Under the pieces are notes generated by a model. It did no database searches, had not been told where the DNA came from, and saw only the letters and a program-made list of their open reading frames with translations. Position numbers and translations under genes: made by a program. Of a stretch of 64,000 bases of DNA, positions 8,430 through 16,675 are shown one piece after another; positions within the stretch are counted from its first letter, which is position 1, and the number at the start of each line of letters is the position of its first letter. Source of the stretch: Terriglobia bacterium (lineage in GTDB: Bacteria; Acidobacteriota; Terriglobia; JAJPHL01; JAPKYU01). The stretch spans positions 1,632,001 through 1,696,000 of the forward strand of contig CBDBKE010000004.1 of assembly GCA_965206645.1 (NCBI GenBank), given 5' to 3'.

Positions 8430-10555
8430 AATTGACCCGCCGCTTTCGCTCTCCAATAGGAGTGTTCTAGGGGCAGATAATGAGGTTTGAGATAGACCCG
8501 TCGCGGCTCAAGCGACTGCGACCCGTCATAGGGCAGACAGATCGCTTGACAGTTTCCCAGCAAGGTGAAGTCTCGCGGGTGAAACACGGCCTCCCGGCGC
8601 TCCTGGAATGACTTGGTAGCGCCGATGCTTCCGCCTCCTCCCCCGGCGCGGCCTGACAGCGGGGAGACTTCCGCCCTCTTGGAGGTCTCGCTGATCGTGT
8701 AAGAACCTTTGATCTTCGCCACCTGCCCGCACATTTCGCTTGCAATCTTGGCGCTGGCGTCGTCGCTGAGAGACAGGAAAATCCGGGTGCGGAGCGTCTG
8801 CAACAGCGAGCGCCATGCTTCCGAGCTTCCCAACACAGAGCGTAGCGAGGAAATGGATTGAGTGGCGACAATCGGGATGCAGCGGCATTGCCGGGTCAGC
8901 GCAAAGGATTTTTCATCGCCCGATGGATCGTCCTCGCCCACCGAAGCGAAGGCTTGATATTCGTCACAGATAAAGACGGCAGGCCGGAAATAGACCCCCG
9001 GCGACTCCTTCATCTTGGTCGGACGCATGAGAAGCGCCTGTAGCCAGGCGTTCTTGAGCATCACGCCCACGGCGCGGGCCAGCGCCGGGTTCGATCCGGC
9101 GGGCATGTTCAAGGCCAGCACCTTGCCCCTTTCGATCAATTCATAGAGCGGGGACAGGTGTCGCGGCCCGGCGATTCGTTCCTCTTCAACGGAAGGAATC
9201 GACTTGGGCGCGGGTTTGTCTCCTTCCCCGCCGTCCGGCTTCTTGTTCAGCTCCTGGGCTCCCCGCGCCGCCCGCATAGCTACCCTGGCTTGAACTGCAA
9301 TGGCTTGCGGATCGTCGGGGACTTCCGGCGGACCCGGGCAAAACACCTTCGCCACATCCGGCATGTCGAACATGGCAAGGAATACCGAAACCCCCTCCAC
9401 AATCGAGGACTTGATTTTGTTATCCAGCGTTTGCCAGTCGTTGACAAACCAGCGCTTCACCGCCTCAACTCGTTCTCTCACTTCGTCTCCGGGTCCGGGG
9501 TCCCAAACCACCCGGTAGGTCAGCTTGAGCTCGTCCAGTTTTTTGAGCATAGGGCGGGAGTAGGCGGCCCGCACTTCTTCCGTTCCCGGTATGTCTTTCC
9601 ATAGCCATTCAGCCAAGGTCATGATGTGGGCTTGGTATACGACCTCCGGAATGAAAACCGTGCCTCTGTTCAACTCGTCGCTCCACGCTTCGGCTTGCTC
9701 GATCTTGGCTGCGAAAAGGTCCGGGTCGATGGCGCAGCGGTAGACCTGCTGCAACGTCACCCACCGTTCCGGGAATATCCGGTGAAGCTCGATGATCCAG
9801 CGGACCAGATTGGTATAGGCTTGCTGCCAGAAGGGTTCCTTGCCCTTGCCGAATAGCTGGTTGAGAAGGCTGGAAACGGTGTAGGCCAGCGAGTAGGAAT
9901 CGAGCCACCAGGCCGAGAGCGGGTTCCATTGCCAGCGCCCATTCATGCCCAGCTCGATGTAGTCTTTTCCCCGGCCCGCCTCGATCAGGATTCGCCGGAT
10001 ATCGTGACAGAAATCTCCCTTGACTTCGAGCATGAGCGCTGCCGCCCGCTTCTGTGGATTCTCGGCTTGCCAGCCGAGAAGCTGCTTGGCGAAAGGGTGC
10101 ATGCAAGCCGAGGTCTTCCCGGACCCGACGGCTCCAAAAATCGCCACGCCGGTATACAGCCCCCGCTCCGGGATGGTGAGCCAGGAAGGATTGAAAATCT
10201 CCCGCGCTTCGACCGGGTGATGTACCTCCCCGATCACGATGGCCGGGGCCGTTTGCCGGGTTGAAAGCGGCCAGGTCGGGAGCGCCCCAAAGGGCGCAAA
10301 ATCCCGCCGCCGCGATTCCAGCCAGACCTTCCAGACGGACATGAGAATGAGGCCCGCGAGCATGACGGCGACGAAAGGCGAAGCGTAGTACCAGAGCATC
10401 ACCCAGCCGTAGAAGTTCGGGGTGTGGTAGTCCATGAGATCGAGCAAGGGACTGTCCCCTAGCATGGGGAAGGGACGGCGGACAAAGCTCCACAGGGCGT
10501 ACCCCAGACCGCCGAAAAACAGAAGGATGTGAGGAATGAAGCGCCGCCATTTCAT
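8426..10555 (-). CDS. Type IV coupling protein (TraG/TraD/VirD4-like)
   Basis: Two N-terminal TM segments, Walker A GAVGSGKT, EVKGD, FWQQA, Walker B FICDEYQ, ATQSISSL. Start placed at MKWRRF (10555). Confidence 0.87.
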   Translation of the reverse strand: MKWRRFIPHILLFFGGLGYALWSFVRRPFPMLGDSPLLDLMDYHTPNFYGWVMLWYYASPFVAVMLAGLILMSVWKVWLESRRRDFAPFGALPTWPLSTRQTAPAIVIGEVHHPVEAREIFNPSWLTIPERGLYTGVAIFGAVGSGKTSACMHPFAKQLLGWQAENPQKRAAALMLEVKGDFCHDIRRILIEAGRGKDYIELGMNGRWQWNPLSAWWLDSYSLAYTVSSLLNQLFGKGKEPFWQQAYTNLVRWIIELHRIFPERWVTLQQVYRCAIDPDLFAAKIEQAEAWSDELNRGTVFIPEVVYQAHIMTLAEWLWKDIPGTEEVRAAYSRPMLKKLDELKLTYRVVWDPGPGDEVRERVEAVKRWFVNDWQTLDNKIKSSIVEGVSVFLAMFDMPDVAKVFCPGPPEVPDDPQAIAVQARVAMRAARGAQELNKKPDGGEGDKPAPKSIPSVEEERIAGPRHLSPLYELIERGKVLALNMPAGSNPALARAVGVMLKNAWLQALLMRPTKMKESPGVYFRPAVFICDEYQAFASVGEDDPSGDEKSFALTRQCRCIPIVATQSISSLRSVLGSSEAWRSLLQTLRTRIFLSLSDDASAKIASEMCGQVAKIKGSYTISETSKRAEVSPLSGRAGGGGGSIGATKSFQERREAVFHPRDFTLLGNCQAICLPYDGSQSLEPRRVYLKPHYLPLEHSYWRAKAAGQL

Positions 10556-10936
10556 AGAGTCCGTTTCCCTTCTTTCATCGCCCCGGCTGGGGGCGCTCTT
10601 CCGAGCCTTCCCGCAGGGATAAATGAGGACGATAGCGACCCTCATGGGGGGGCAGGAACGGTGTGCCGCAACGCACCGCTGCTGGGGCCACATGACCCCC
10701 CACTTTTCGGGGGGGTCGCTATCGTCCTCCCCGATTTTGCTGCATCGGCGCGGGTGAGTCCGATGTGTAAGGGATAACCGCAACGGAATGAGAGAGATGA
10801 GAGAATGTGGTTTTGCCGCATCTCTTGGCTGAATCTTGCCGTACCCTCCCTCTGTGACTGCGGCATCCTGGATCGGGCGTTGCGGCATGAAAAAACCCTT
10901 CAATTTCCTCTCTCCGTTCCGGCCTTCGGGCTGCTT
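10556..10936. promoter_or_regulatory. Structured intergenic region, candidate oriT / regulatory site
   Basis: Perfect 17-bp inverted repeat (10625-10641 / 10713-10729) with nested hairpins, four TGCGGCA copies, and the only large gap in the transfer region. Confidence 0.5.
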
Positions 10937-11881
10937 TCATCCGGTTTCCTCCAGGACCGCAAACCGGGTGGCCCGCCACGTTCCGTAGTCGTCAATCGAG
11001 ACCCCTTCCGTCAGCTTCGCTTCGGGGAGACGTTGAAGCTCCGCCGACCGTCTTCCGGCTGCCGCGAATCCCCCATACTGCGCCAGAAATTCCCGGTCCT
11101 TGTGAGTCATCGCCTCGTCAATCGCCTTGATTTCCTGCCGCACCGTCCACCCTTCCCCGGTCTCCTTCGGGGCGGTCGCGGCCCACACCCGGAGCACCCG
11201 CGCCGTCCGATCCACGGTTTCATTCTCCGCTGCGATCCCGATCACCCGGACCTGCCGCCCCTTCTTGCGGAGCGCATCCCAAAGCGGCCCATGCGCGGCT
11301 CCCCAGGAGTGCAACTCCCGATCCGTTTGGTGGCCCGGATCGACGTAGGCGAAGGTGACGGTTTCCGGGTCCGCCGCAATAGGAAGTTTGAGCGCAAAGT
11401 AGCGTTTCTGCGCTCCCACTGCCCCGTAATAAATCCGTCGCGGGATCAGCCGCCGCGATAGGCCGAGCTTTTCAAAGAACGCAACCTTCTCCGGCTCGGC
11501 GGGGAGCCAGTTCATGCCCGGATGTTCCAGAACGAAATCCAGCGATAGGAGCCGCCGCATCACCACCGGCGGGCAGGCTTTGCGACGGTGGCGGATGTTC
11601 TCGACCCCCAGCGCCCGGTAGATCGGCTTGCTCGATATCCGGCACGGCCTCGCCCCCCCGGAGAACATCAAGTTTTCATTCTCTACCGCTGCCCGCCGTA
11701 CAACCAACGCTTGGACGAAGCGGTGCGCCCGCTTGCTCTCCGCATCAAAGTAGAAACAGAACTGCGGGCGCGTGAAGACGCCGCTGTGAAGGCACACCAG
11801 CGCGATCCACTCCGCTTCCCGGCCCGTCCAACCGAATTGTTCCAGTGCTGTTTCCCGCCCCCGCAAGTGCTCGATCATCAT
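10937..11881 (-). CDS. ICE protein of unknown function with wHTH-like N-terminus
   Basis: 314-aa ORF coupled to virB8. N-terminal GWTGREAEWIALVCLHSGVFTRPQF looks like a winged helix. No assignable family. Confidence 0.7.
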   Translation of the reverse strand: MMIEHLRGRETALEQFGWTGREAEWIALVCLHSGVFTRPQFCFYFDAESKRAHRFVQALVVRRAAVENENLMFSGGARPCRISSKPIYRALGVENIRHRRKACPPVVMRRLLSLDFVLEHPGMNWLPAEPEKVAFFEKLGLSRRLIPRRIYYGAVGAQKRYFALKLPIAADPETVTFAYVDPGHQTDRELHSWGAAHGPLWDALRKKGRQVRVIGIAAENETVDRTARVLRVWAATAPKETGEGWTVRQEIKAIDEAMTHKDREFLAQYGGFAAAGRRSAELQRLPEAKLTEGVSIDDYGTWRATRFAVLEETG

Positions 11882-12555
11882 TGCTTCCCGGTAACGATTG
11901 CCCGGTCGCCTTGCAGATAGCTGATAACGATCCCCATAGGGTTGTGGACGATCAGGTCCGGCGGGATCGTATCGAGGAACTGGAATTGCAGCGAGAGGGT
12001 CCAGCGTTCCCGGCTCACTTCGTTTGCCATCACCATCCGCACCAGGTCAAAATCTGCCGTCGCGCTGTGCGGCTCCTGGGGATTGGCCTGAATCCTCAAA
12101 ACGACGCGATCCACTTGCAGTTCATCCTTGGCCGCTCCCGCCGCGAGAAGAGCGATATTCTGACTCTCGGCCCGAAACGAGGCGTTGGCGAGTTCGGTGG
12201 TCAGGAAGCGCAGACTGCGGGACCAGTTCTCTTGGACCGTGGCCTTCCGGCGCGAGTAGAAGTCATAAATAAAGCGGTTGAGAAAGTATTTGGTGGTGGG
12301 GTCCAGCGGGTCCGCCTGGGCCTCCATCGCCTCGTAGGCGATGGCCTCGGCCCGGCCTACTTCATCCACCCTCACGACGATGGGGCGGGGCGGATCAACC
12401 GACACAATGCGAATGACGACGATGATGAGCAAGAGCAAGCCGATTCCCAACCCGACGGAGAGCACCCGTAGATGACGGTTGGAGTGGATGGCTTCGCCCC
12501 ATATTTCGGCGTACTCGGCTCCGGCGTCTTTGACGCTGGTTTCGGTGTCCTTCAT
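11878..12555 (-). CDS. VirB8/TrbF-family protein
   Basis: Single TM, PIVVRVDEVG, KYFLNRF and C-terminal HNPMGIVI (NPxG motif). Confidence 0.88.
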   Translation of the reverse strand: MKDTETSVKDAGAEYAEIWGEAIHSNRHLRVLSVGLGIGLLLLIIVVIRIVSVDPPRPIVVRVDEVGRAEAIAYEAMEAQADPLDPTTKYFLNRFIYDFYSRRKATVQENWSRSLRFLTTELANASFRAESQNIALLAAGAAKDELQVDRVVLRIQANPQEPHSATADFDLVRMVMANEVSRERWTLSLQFQFLDTIPPDLIVHNPMGIVISYLQGDRAIVTGKQ

Positions 12556-13550
12556 TTGATCCCTCCCGCGCCCGCCTTGGCCGCCGCCGCGCCTCCGGTG
12601 GCCGCAACCGTTCCCGCCGTGGTTGCCATTCCCATGAGGCCGCTGCCCGCCGCTCCTGTGCTGGTGACGAGCATCGAGGCGAGCTCCCCGCACTTGAGGC
12701 TTGCCAGCATCCCGGCGACGAACAAGGGCACGACGGCGATCATCCACAAGCCCACGTCTATGAAGCTCTGCATGTCCAGGTTGGCATTCCCCAAGCTCGT
12801 GATGTAGGAGATTCCGACAGCGGAGAAGACCCGGAGCACCGCTCCGGCGATCACGGCATAAAGCGAGTAGGTAATCATCGCCCGGAACCATCCCCAGAAC
12901 AGAAACGACAGCGGCTCGAACACCAGAAACGGAATGAAGATCGGCCCCAAGATGATGAGGATGGCAAGCGCGATTTGAGCCCAGATCACTTGAGCGTAGG
13001 TGACGGCGGCCAACAGAAGCAGCATAAGGACCACAAACACAAACATTGCAAACCCCGCAACCGCCGTTATTGCGGCATGGATCCCGCCGGTGAGTAGGCC
13101 GAGCGTGTTCCCCGCTTGCGCCTGGGCCGCCTGGTTCGCCGCGAGGGAGCGAATGAGGTTCCCAAGCTCGGTCTGCATCGAATAGACGGCATCGCCGATC
13201 AGCAGTTCGTGAAGCCAATTTCCACCCGCCGCAATCATCCCTGGGAAGGTGAAAGCCATTCCCGGAATGGTGGTGGTGTAGAACTGCAACATCACCCACG
13301 GTATCCACAACCCAATGACGACCCGAATCAGTTCCCACGGCTGAATGTTCCCGCTAAAGGCGATCTTCAGCCCGTTCAACACCACAACGATGAGCGCCAG
13401 ACCCCCGAAGAGCGCGTTTCCGGTGGTGAAAACCTCCCCGCCCGCCGCCGCGGTCAGTCCATCCAGAGCGACATCGAGGAACGATTTGAAGTCCCTCAGT
13501 TGTTCCGGGGAAAGGTTGGCCGGGATGTTGGGATCGAGTTGGATTTGCAT
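12552..13550 (-). CDS. VirB6/TrbL-family inner membrane protein
   Basis: Polytopic, LGPIFIPFLVFEPLSFLFWGW, Ala/Gly-rich tail. Confidence 0.88.
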   Translation of the reverse strand: MQIQLDPNIPANLSPEQLRDFKSFLDVALDGLTAAAGGEVFTTGNALFGGLALIVVVLNGLKIAFSGNIQPWELIRVVIGLWIPWVMLQFYTTTIPGMAFTFPGMIAAGGNWLHELLIGDAVYSMQTELGNLIRSLAANQAAQAQAGNTLGLLTGGIHAAITAVAGFAMFVFVVLMLLLLAAVTYAQVIWAQIALAILIILGPIFIPFLVFEPLSFLFWGWFRAMITYSLYAVIAGAVLRVFSAVGISYITSLGNANLDMQSFIDVGLWMIAVVPLFVAGMLASLKCGELASMLVTSTGAAGSGLMGMATTAGTVAATGGAAAAKAGAGGIK

Positions 13551-13562
13551 CGGCGAAGTCGA

Positions 13563-14477
13563 TTACTGGCCGTTCCCGCCGTAGGCCGGGTGAATCCGAA
13601 AGAGCAACCCTTCGCGCATGGAATCGCGGCGGGCATCGAGCCCGGCCTGTTGCGCCGCGAAGGTGATCTCGGCCCGGCGCTGCGTCTCGATCCATCGAGC
13701 CAGCGCCTCCCGTCGAGCAATCTCGCGTTCGTAATCCTCCGCCGCCTCTTTCGCCGCCTGAAACGCCATCAACTGCGCCATAGCAGCGGTGAGGTTCCCC
13801 TGCGTCACTGTCCCGGCCACCTGCGATTGGGCCAGCGCGGTGTTGGAGGTATTGGTGTTGTTCCGCAGTCCTTCGTAGGACTCCACGGCGTCTCGCGCCG
13901 CAATCATGAGATTCGCCGCCGCGTCGCTCATTGCGTGATCGAGCACCAGGCGCTTGTCACCTTCCTCCCGCGCCGCGAGATAGCCGTTGGCTACTCCCGC
14001 AGCGATCTCCGGGCGATAGTCGTCGTACAAAGTGAGGATGTCGCTCTCGGTCACCGTGTCGGCGGAGGTGAGCCGCCCGCGCCAGGATTGGGTAAAGCTC
14101 TTGCCGGTTTCGCCCATCTGTTCGACTGACGACGCAAGCTCCGCCGCCACGCCGGTAAAATCGCTTTTCCACGATAGGCCCACGCCGATAAACTGCGCCG
14201 GTGCGGATGCCAATTCAGTGAACGGATCGGTCAGCGCTCCCACGGCTCCAAGCGCTTGCTCTTTCAGGTGCGACGCCTGATCTATCATCTGGGTGAGTTG
14301 GCCGTCAAACGTGATCTTCGCCATGGTGTCTTTGTAGATTTGGACGCCCTGATTGATGATCATCTGCGCCCGTTGAATGCCCGCCAGGATCGAGCCGAAG
14401 ATGGCGTAGGCGGGCGTGGTGGTCAGGACGATAAAGAGTGGGATAACAACTACTGCGGTCAAGATTCGATGTTTCAT
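13563..14477 (-). CDS. TrbJ/VirB5-like secreted helical protein
   Basis: Signal peptide (PAYA), QMIINQGVQI, Ala/Gln-rich helices, located upstream of virB6. Confidence 0.65.
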   Translation of the reverse strand: MKHRILTAVVVIPLFIVLTTTPAYAIFGSILAGIQRAQMIINQGVQIYKDTMAKITFDGQLTQMIDQASHLKEQALGAVGALTDPFTELASAPAQFIGVGLSWKSDFTGVAAELASSVEQMGETGKSFTQSWRGRLTSADTVTESDILTLYDDYRPEIAAGVANGYLAAREEGDKRLVLDHAMSDAAANLMIAARDAVESYEGLRNNTNTSNTALAQSQVAGTVTQGNLTAAMAQLMAFQAAKEAAEDYEREIARREALARWIETQRRAEITFAAQQAGLDARRDSMREGLLFRIHPAYGGNGQ

Positions 14478-14480
14478 TTT

Positions 14481-15830
14481 TCAGTCTCCTTTTGTGGGCC
14501 GGGGCACCAGCACGTCGGAAGTGAACCAGACGCGAAGCCGGTGCCCGGCGCGTATTGTGATGGTGGGTAAACGATTCAAGAAACGCTGCAAGATTTGGGT
14601 GGCGCTTTGTCCGAGTCCCTGCCCGGCACCGGCCCGGAAGCCCGCCCCGCCGCTCTCGTAAGGGTTGCCGCCTTGCGCCGTGAGTCCGGCCAGGATGCCG
14701 ACCGCCCCGACAGCGGCGAACATGGAAAAGTAGTGTCGGTTGACTTGATCTTTCAAGGCTCCCTCGCCGAGTTGATTCAACCCATGAAATTCGAGCGACA
14801 CCCAACGCCCGTCCGGGTAGATCAAGCGGTGGAAACTCACGGCGAGTCGGGCTTGGTCCTGATTGGATACGGCCTGAGCCGTACCAATGACCCGCGTACC
14901 ACGCGGCACCAAGATGCGCTGCCGGTCTGCCGAGTAAAAAGGCACCGAAACCACGGCTAGGACCGGGCCGGGAAAGTCACCGGAAAGCTGCGTGACCAGG
15001 GCCGCTTCCAAAAACGAGCCTTCATAGATGCGCTCCCAACCGGGGGGGGCTTCCGGCCCCCTGACCCGGGCCGGAGAAGAGTAATCCCGCGCCGGTGCGG
15101 GCCCAGCCGCCGCCGTAGGAACGGCGGGCGTGGACGCAGCGGTTGGTGTCCCTCTGAGTGCTTCGATAAACGCTCGGTCCGCCTGGGCCTCCGCCGCCAC
15201 TTCATCTTGGAGGCCGGTCGTGACCGTCCCAATCGTGTCGAGGGCCTGTTCGAGCGCCGCCGCCCCTTCCGCTCTCATGGCATCGACCGGGCTTGCGGTT
15301 TCGTCCCCCTGCCCCTCGGACGACGCCCCCTCCCTGCCGTCCAGTTGCCGGTAGGTCTGTGCGACCGGCGAACTGCGAAGCGACCGGCTGCGCCGCTCGA
15401 GGGCTTCCAGCCGCAAGCGTTCCCGGAGTTCCCATTCTTCCTCGGTATAGGGTTGCCCGGTGTCGGGACTTGTCCCGGCCAGCGCCTTCGCTTGATCGGC
15501 GGTTACGCGGCCCGCGCCTACTCCGCCGCTGTTGCCTTGCTGCCGTTGCTGCCGCGCTCGCAATTCACGCTCCGCCGCTTGTCGGCGCGTCTCCGCTCGA
15601 AGCGACTCTGCTTCCACTTGCGCGGCCATCTGATCGGCGAAGCTCCGGGGCGCGGTCTGCTCTGCGCCCGGATCGGGCGAAAGCTCCGCTTCCTTGCCGC
15701 CTCCGAAATAAATCCAGTACGTCAGGAACACGAGAACGAGAATGGTGATGATCCCGACGCCCCATTGAGTGACGATGCCGCCCGGCAGCGATCCCGCCGG
15801 TTTGGGATAGAGCCGCCGCCAGCCGATCAC
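14481..15830 (-). CDS. VirB10/TrbI
   Basis: GSFLEAALVTQLSGDFPGPV, ILVPRGTRVIG, DQVNRHY, PTITIRAGHR. GTG start overlaps the virB9 stop. Confidence 0.92.
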   Translation of the reverse strand: MIGWRRLYPKPAGSLPGGIVTQWGVGIITILVLVFLTYWIYFGGGKEAELSPDPGAEQTAPRSFADQMAAQVEAESLRAETRRQAAERELRARQQRQQGNSGGVGAGRVTADQAKALAGTSPDTGQPYTEEEWELRERLRLEALERRSRSLRSSPVAQTYRQLDGREGASSEGQGDETASPVDAMRAEGAAALEQALDTIGTVTTGLQDEVAAEAQADRAFIEALRGTPTAASTPAVPTAAAGPAPARDYSSPARVRGPEAPPGWERIYEGSFLEAALVTQLSGDFPGPVLAVVSVPFYSADRQRILVPRGTRVIGTAQAVSNQDQARLAVSFHRLIYPDGRWVSLEFHGLNQLGEGALKDQVNRHYFSMFAAVGAVGILAGLTAQGGNPYESGGAGFRAGAGQGLGQSATQILQRFLNRLPTITIRAGHRLRVWFTSDVLVPRPTKGD

Positions 15831-16669
15831 GGCCCGATCTCCGGCGCCGTGAAGCGCCATCGGACTTTTTGTTTGCCGATCTGCAACCAGCCGTCACCCA
15901 AAACGTGACGGGCGATATACAGCCCGTCCTCGCCCAGATCGTAGGCCACCAGCGCCGGTTTCCCGTCCTTCTCTTCATACAGTGCGGGCGACTCCTGGGG
16001 GTTGGCGCGAAGGTAGGTAAACCGCCCGTCGTGCCACATCCCTTCGACCAGAAACGGCCATTTCTTCGCCTTGTCCTCCAATCGGTAGGGGAACTTGAGG
16101 CGCGTGGGATACTCCGCCCGGAACGCCTCGGTTTCCCGCGCCGCAAGCGCCGTAACGTCGGCGATGCGGGAATCCGCGTCAACTTGCGCATCCTTGGCCG
16201 TCTCGATGGCTGTTTTCGCCATCTGCTGATAGGCCGCAACCTGGGAGCGAGCGACAAAGGCCGGTTCGTGCCCGGCCGGTGAAATGCGCGGGTCGGCGTC
16301 CGCCTGGGCCTCGATGCGAACCACTAGATGCGGCTGGCCCGCACTTTGCTCGGTGACGAGGAACGAGTAAATGCGACCGGAGGCGCAAACCAGCGCGACG
16401 TTGGTAGTCACGCCCTCGGCGATGGGTTTGAGGAAGGCCAGATTAGCGGCCCCGGTCAGGTGCCAGTACTCGGAATCTCCCACGACAAAATCCAGCACGT
16501 TTTCCGTCGCGGGAAGCACGATGACGGTGGTGTGCCGGGTCTTGGCCCGAATCTGGATGATTTGATCCTGGGTCTCGATGACGCGGAGGACCTGCCCGCC
16601 GTCCTGAGCGATCAGCGGCAACGACAGGGCAAGCAGCGCCGCCATCACGAGTGGAATGATCTTCAACAT
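15827..16669 (-). CDS. VirB9/TrbG
   Basis: Signal peptide, TTVIVLP, GDSEYW, NLAFLKP, TTNV, WHDGRFTY, PALY. Confidence 0.9.
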   Translation of the reverse strand: MLKIIPLVMAALLALSLPLIAQDGGQVLRVIETQDQIIQIRAKTRHTTVIVLPATENVLDFVVGDSEYWHLTGAANLAFLKPIAEGVTTNVALVCASGRIYSFLVTEQSAGQPHLVVRIEAQADADPRISPAGHEPAFVARSQVAAYQQMAKTAIETAKDAQVDADSRIADVTALAARETEAFRAEYPTRLKFPYRLEDKAKKWPFLVEGMWHDGRFTYLRANPQESPALYEEKDGKPALVAYDLGEDGLYIARHVLGDGWLQIGKQKVRWRFTAPEIGP

Positions 16670-16675
16670 AATCAG

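Noticed and set aside
10556-10903. 116-aa N-terminal extension of the T4CP in the ORF track
   Set aside because: It crosses the structured gap. An RBS-like sequence and the TM segment support the start at 10555.
12556-13338. Long N-terminal extension of the virB8 ORF
   Set aside because: It is an off-frame overlap with virB6. The real start at 12555 overlaps the virB6 stop.
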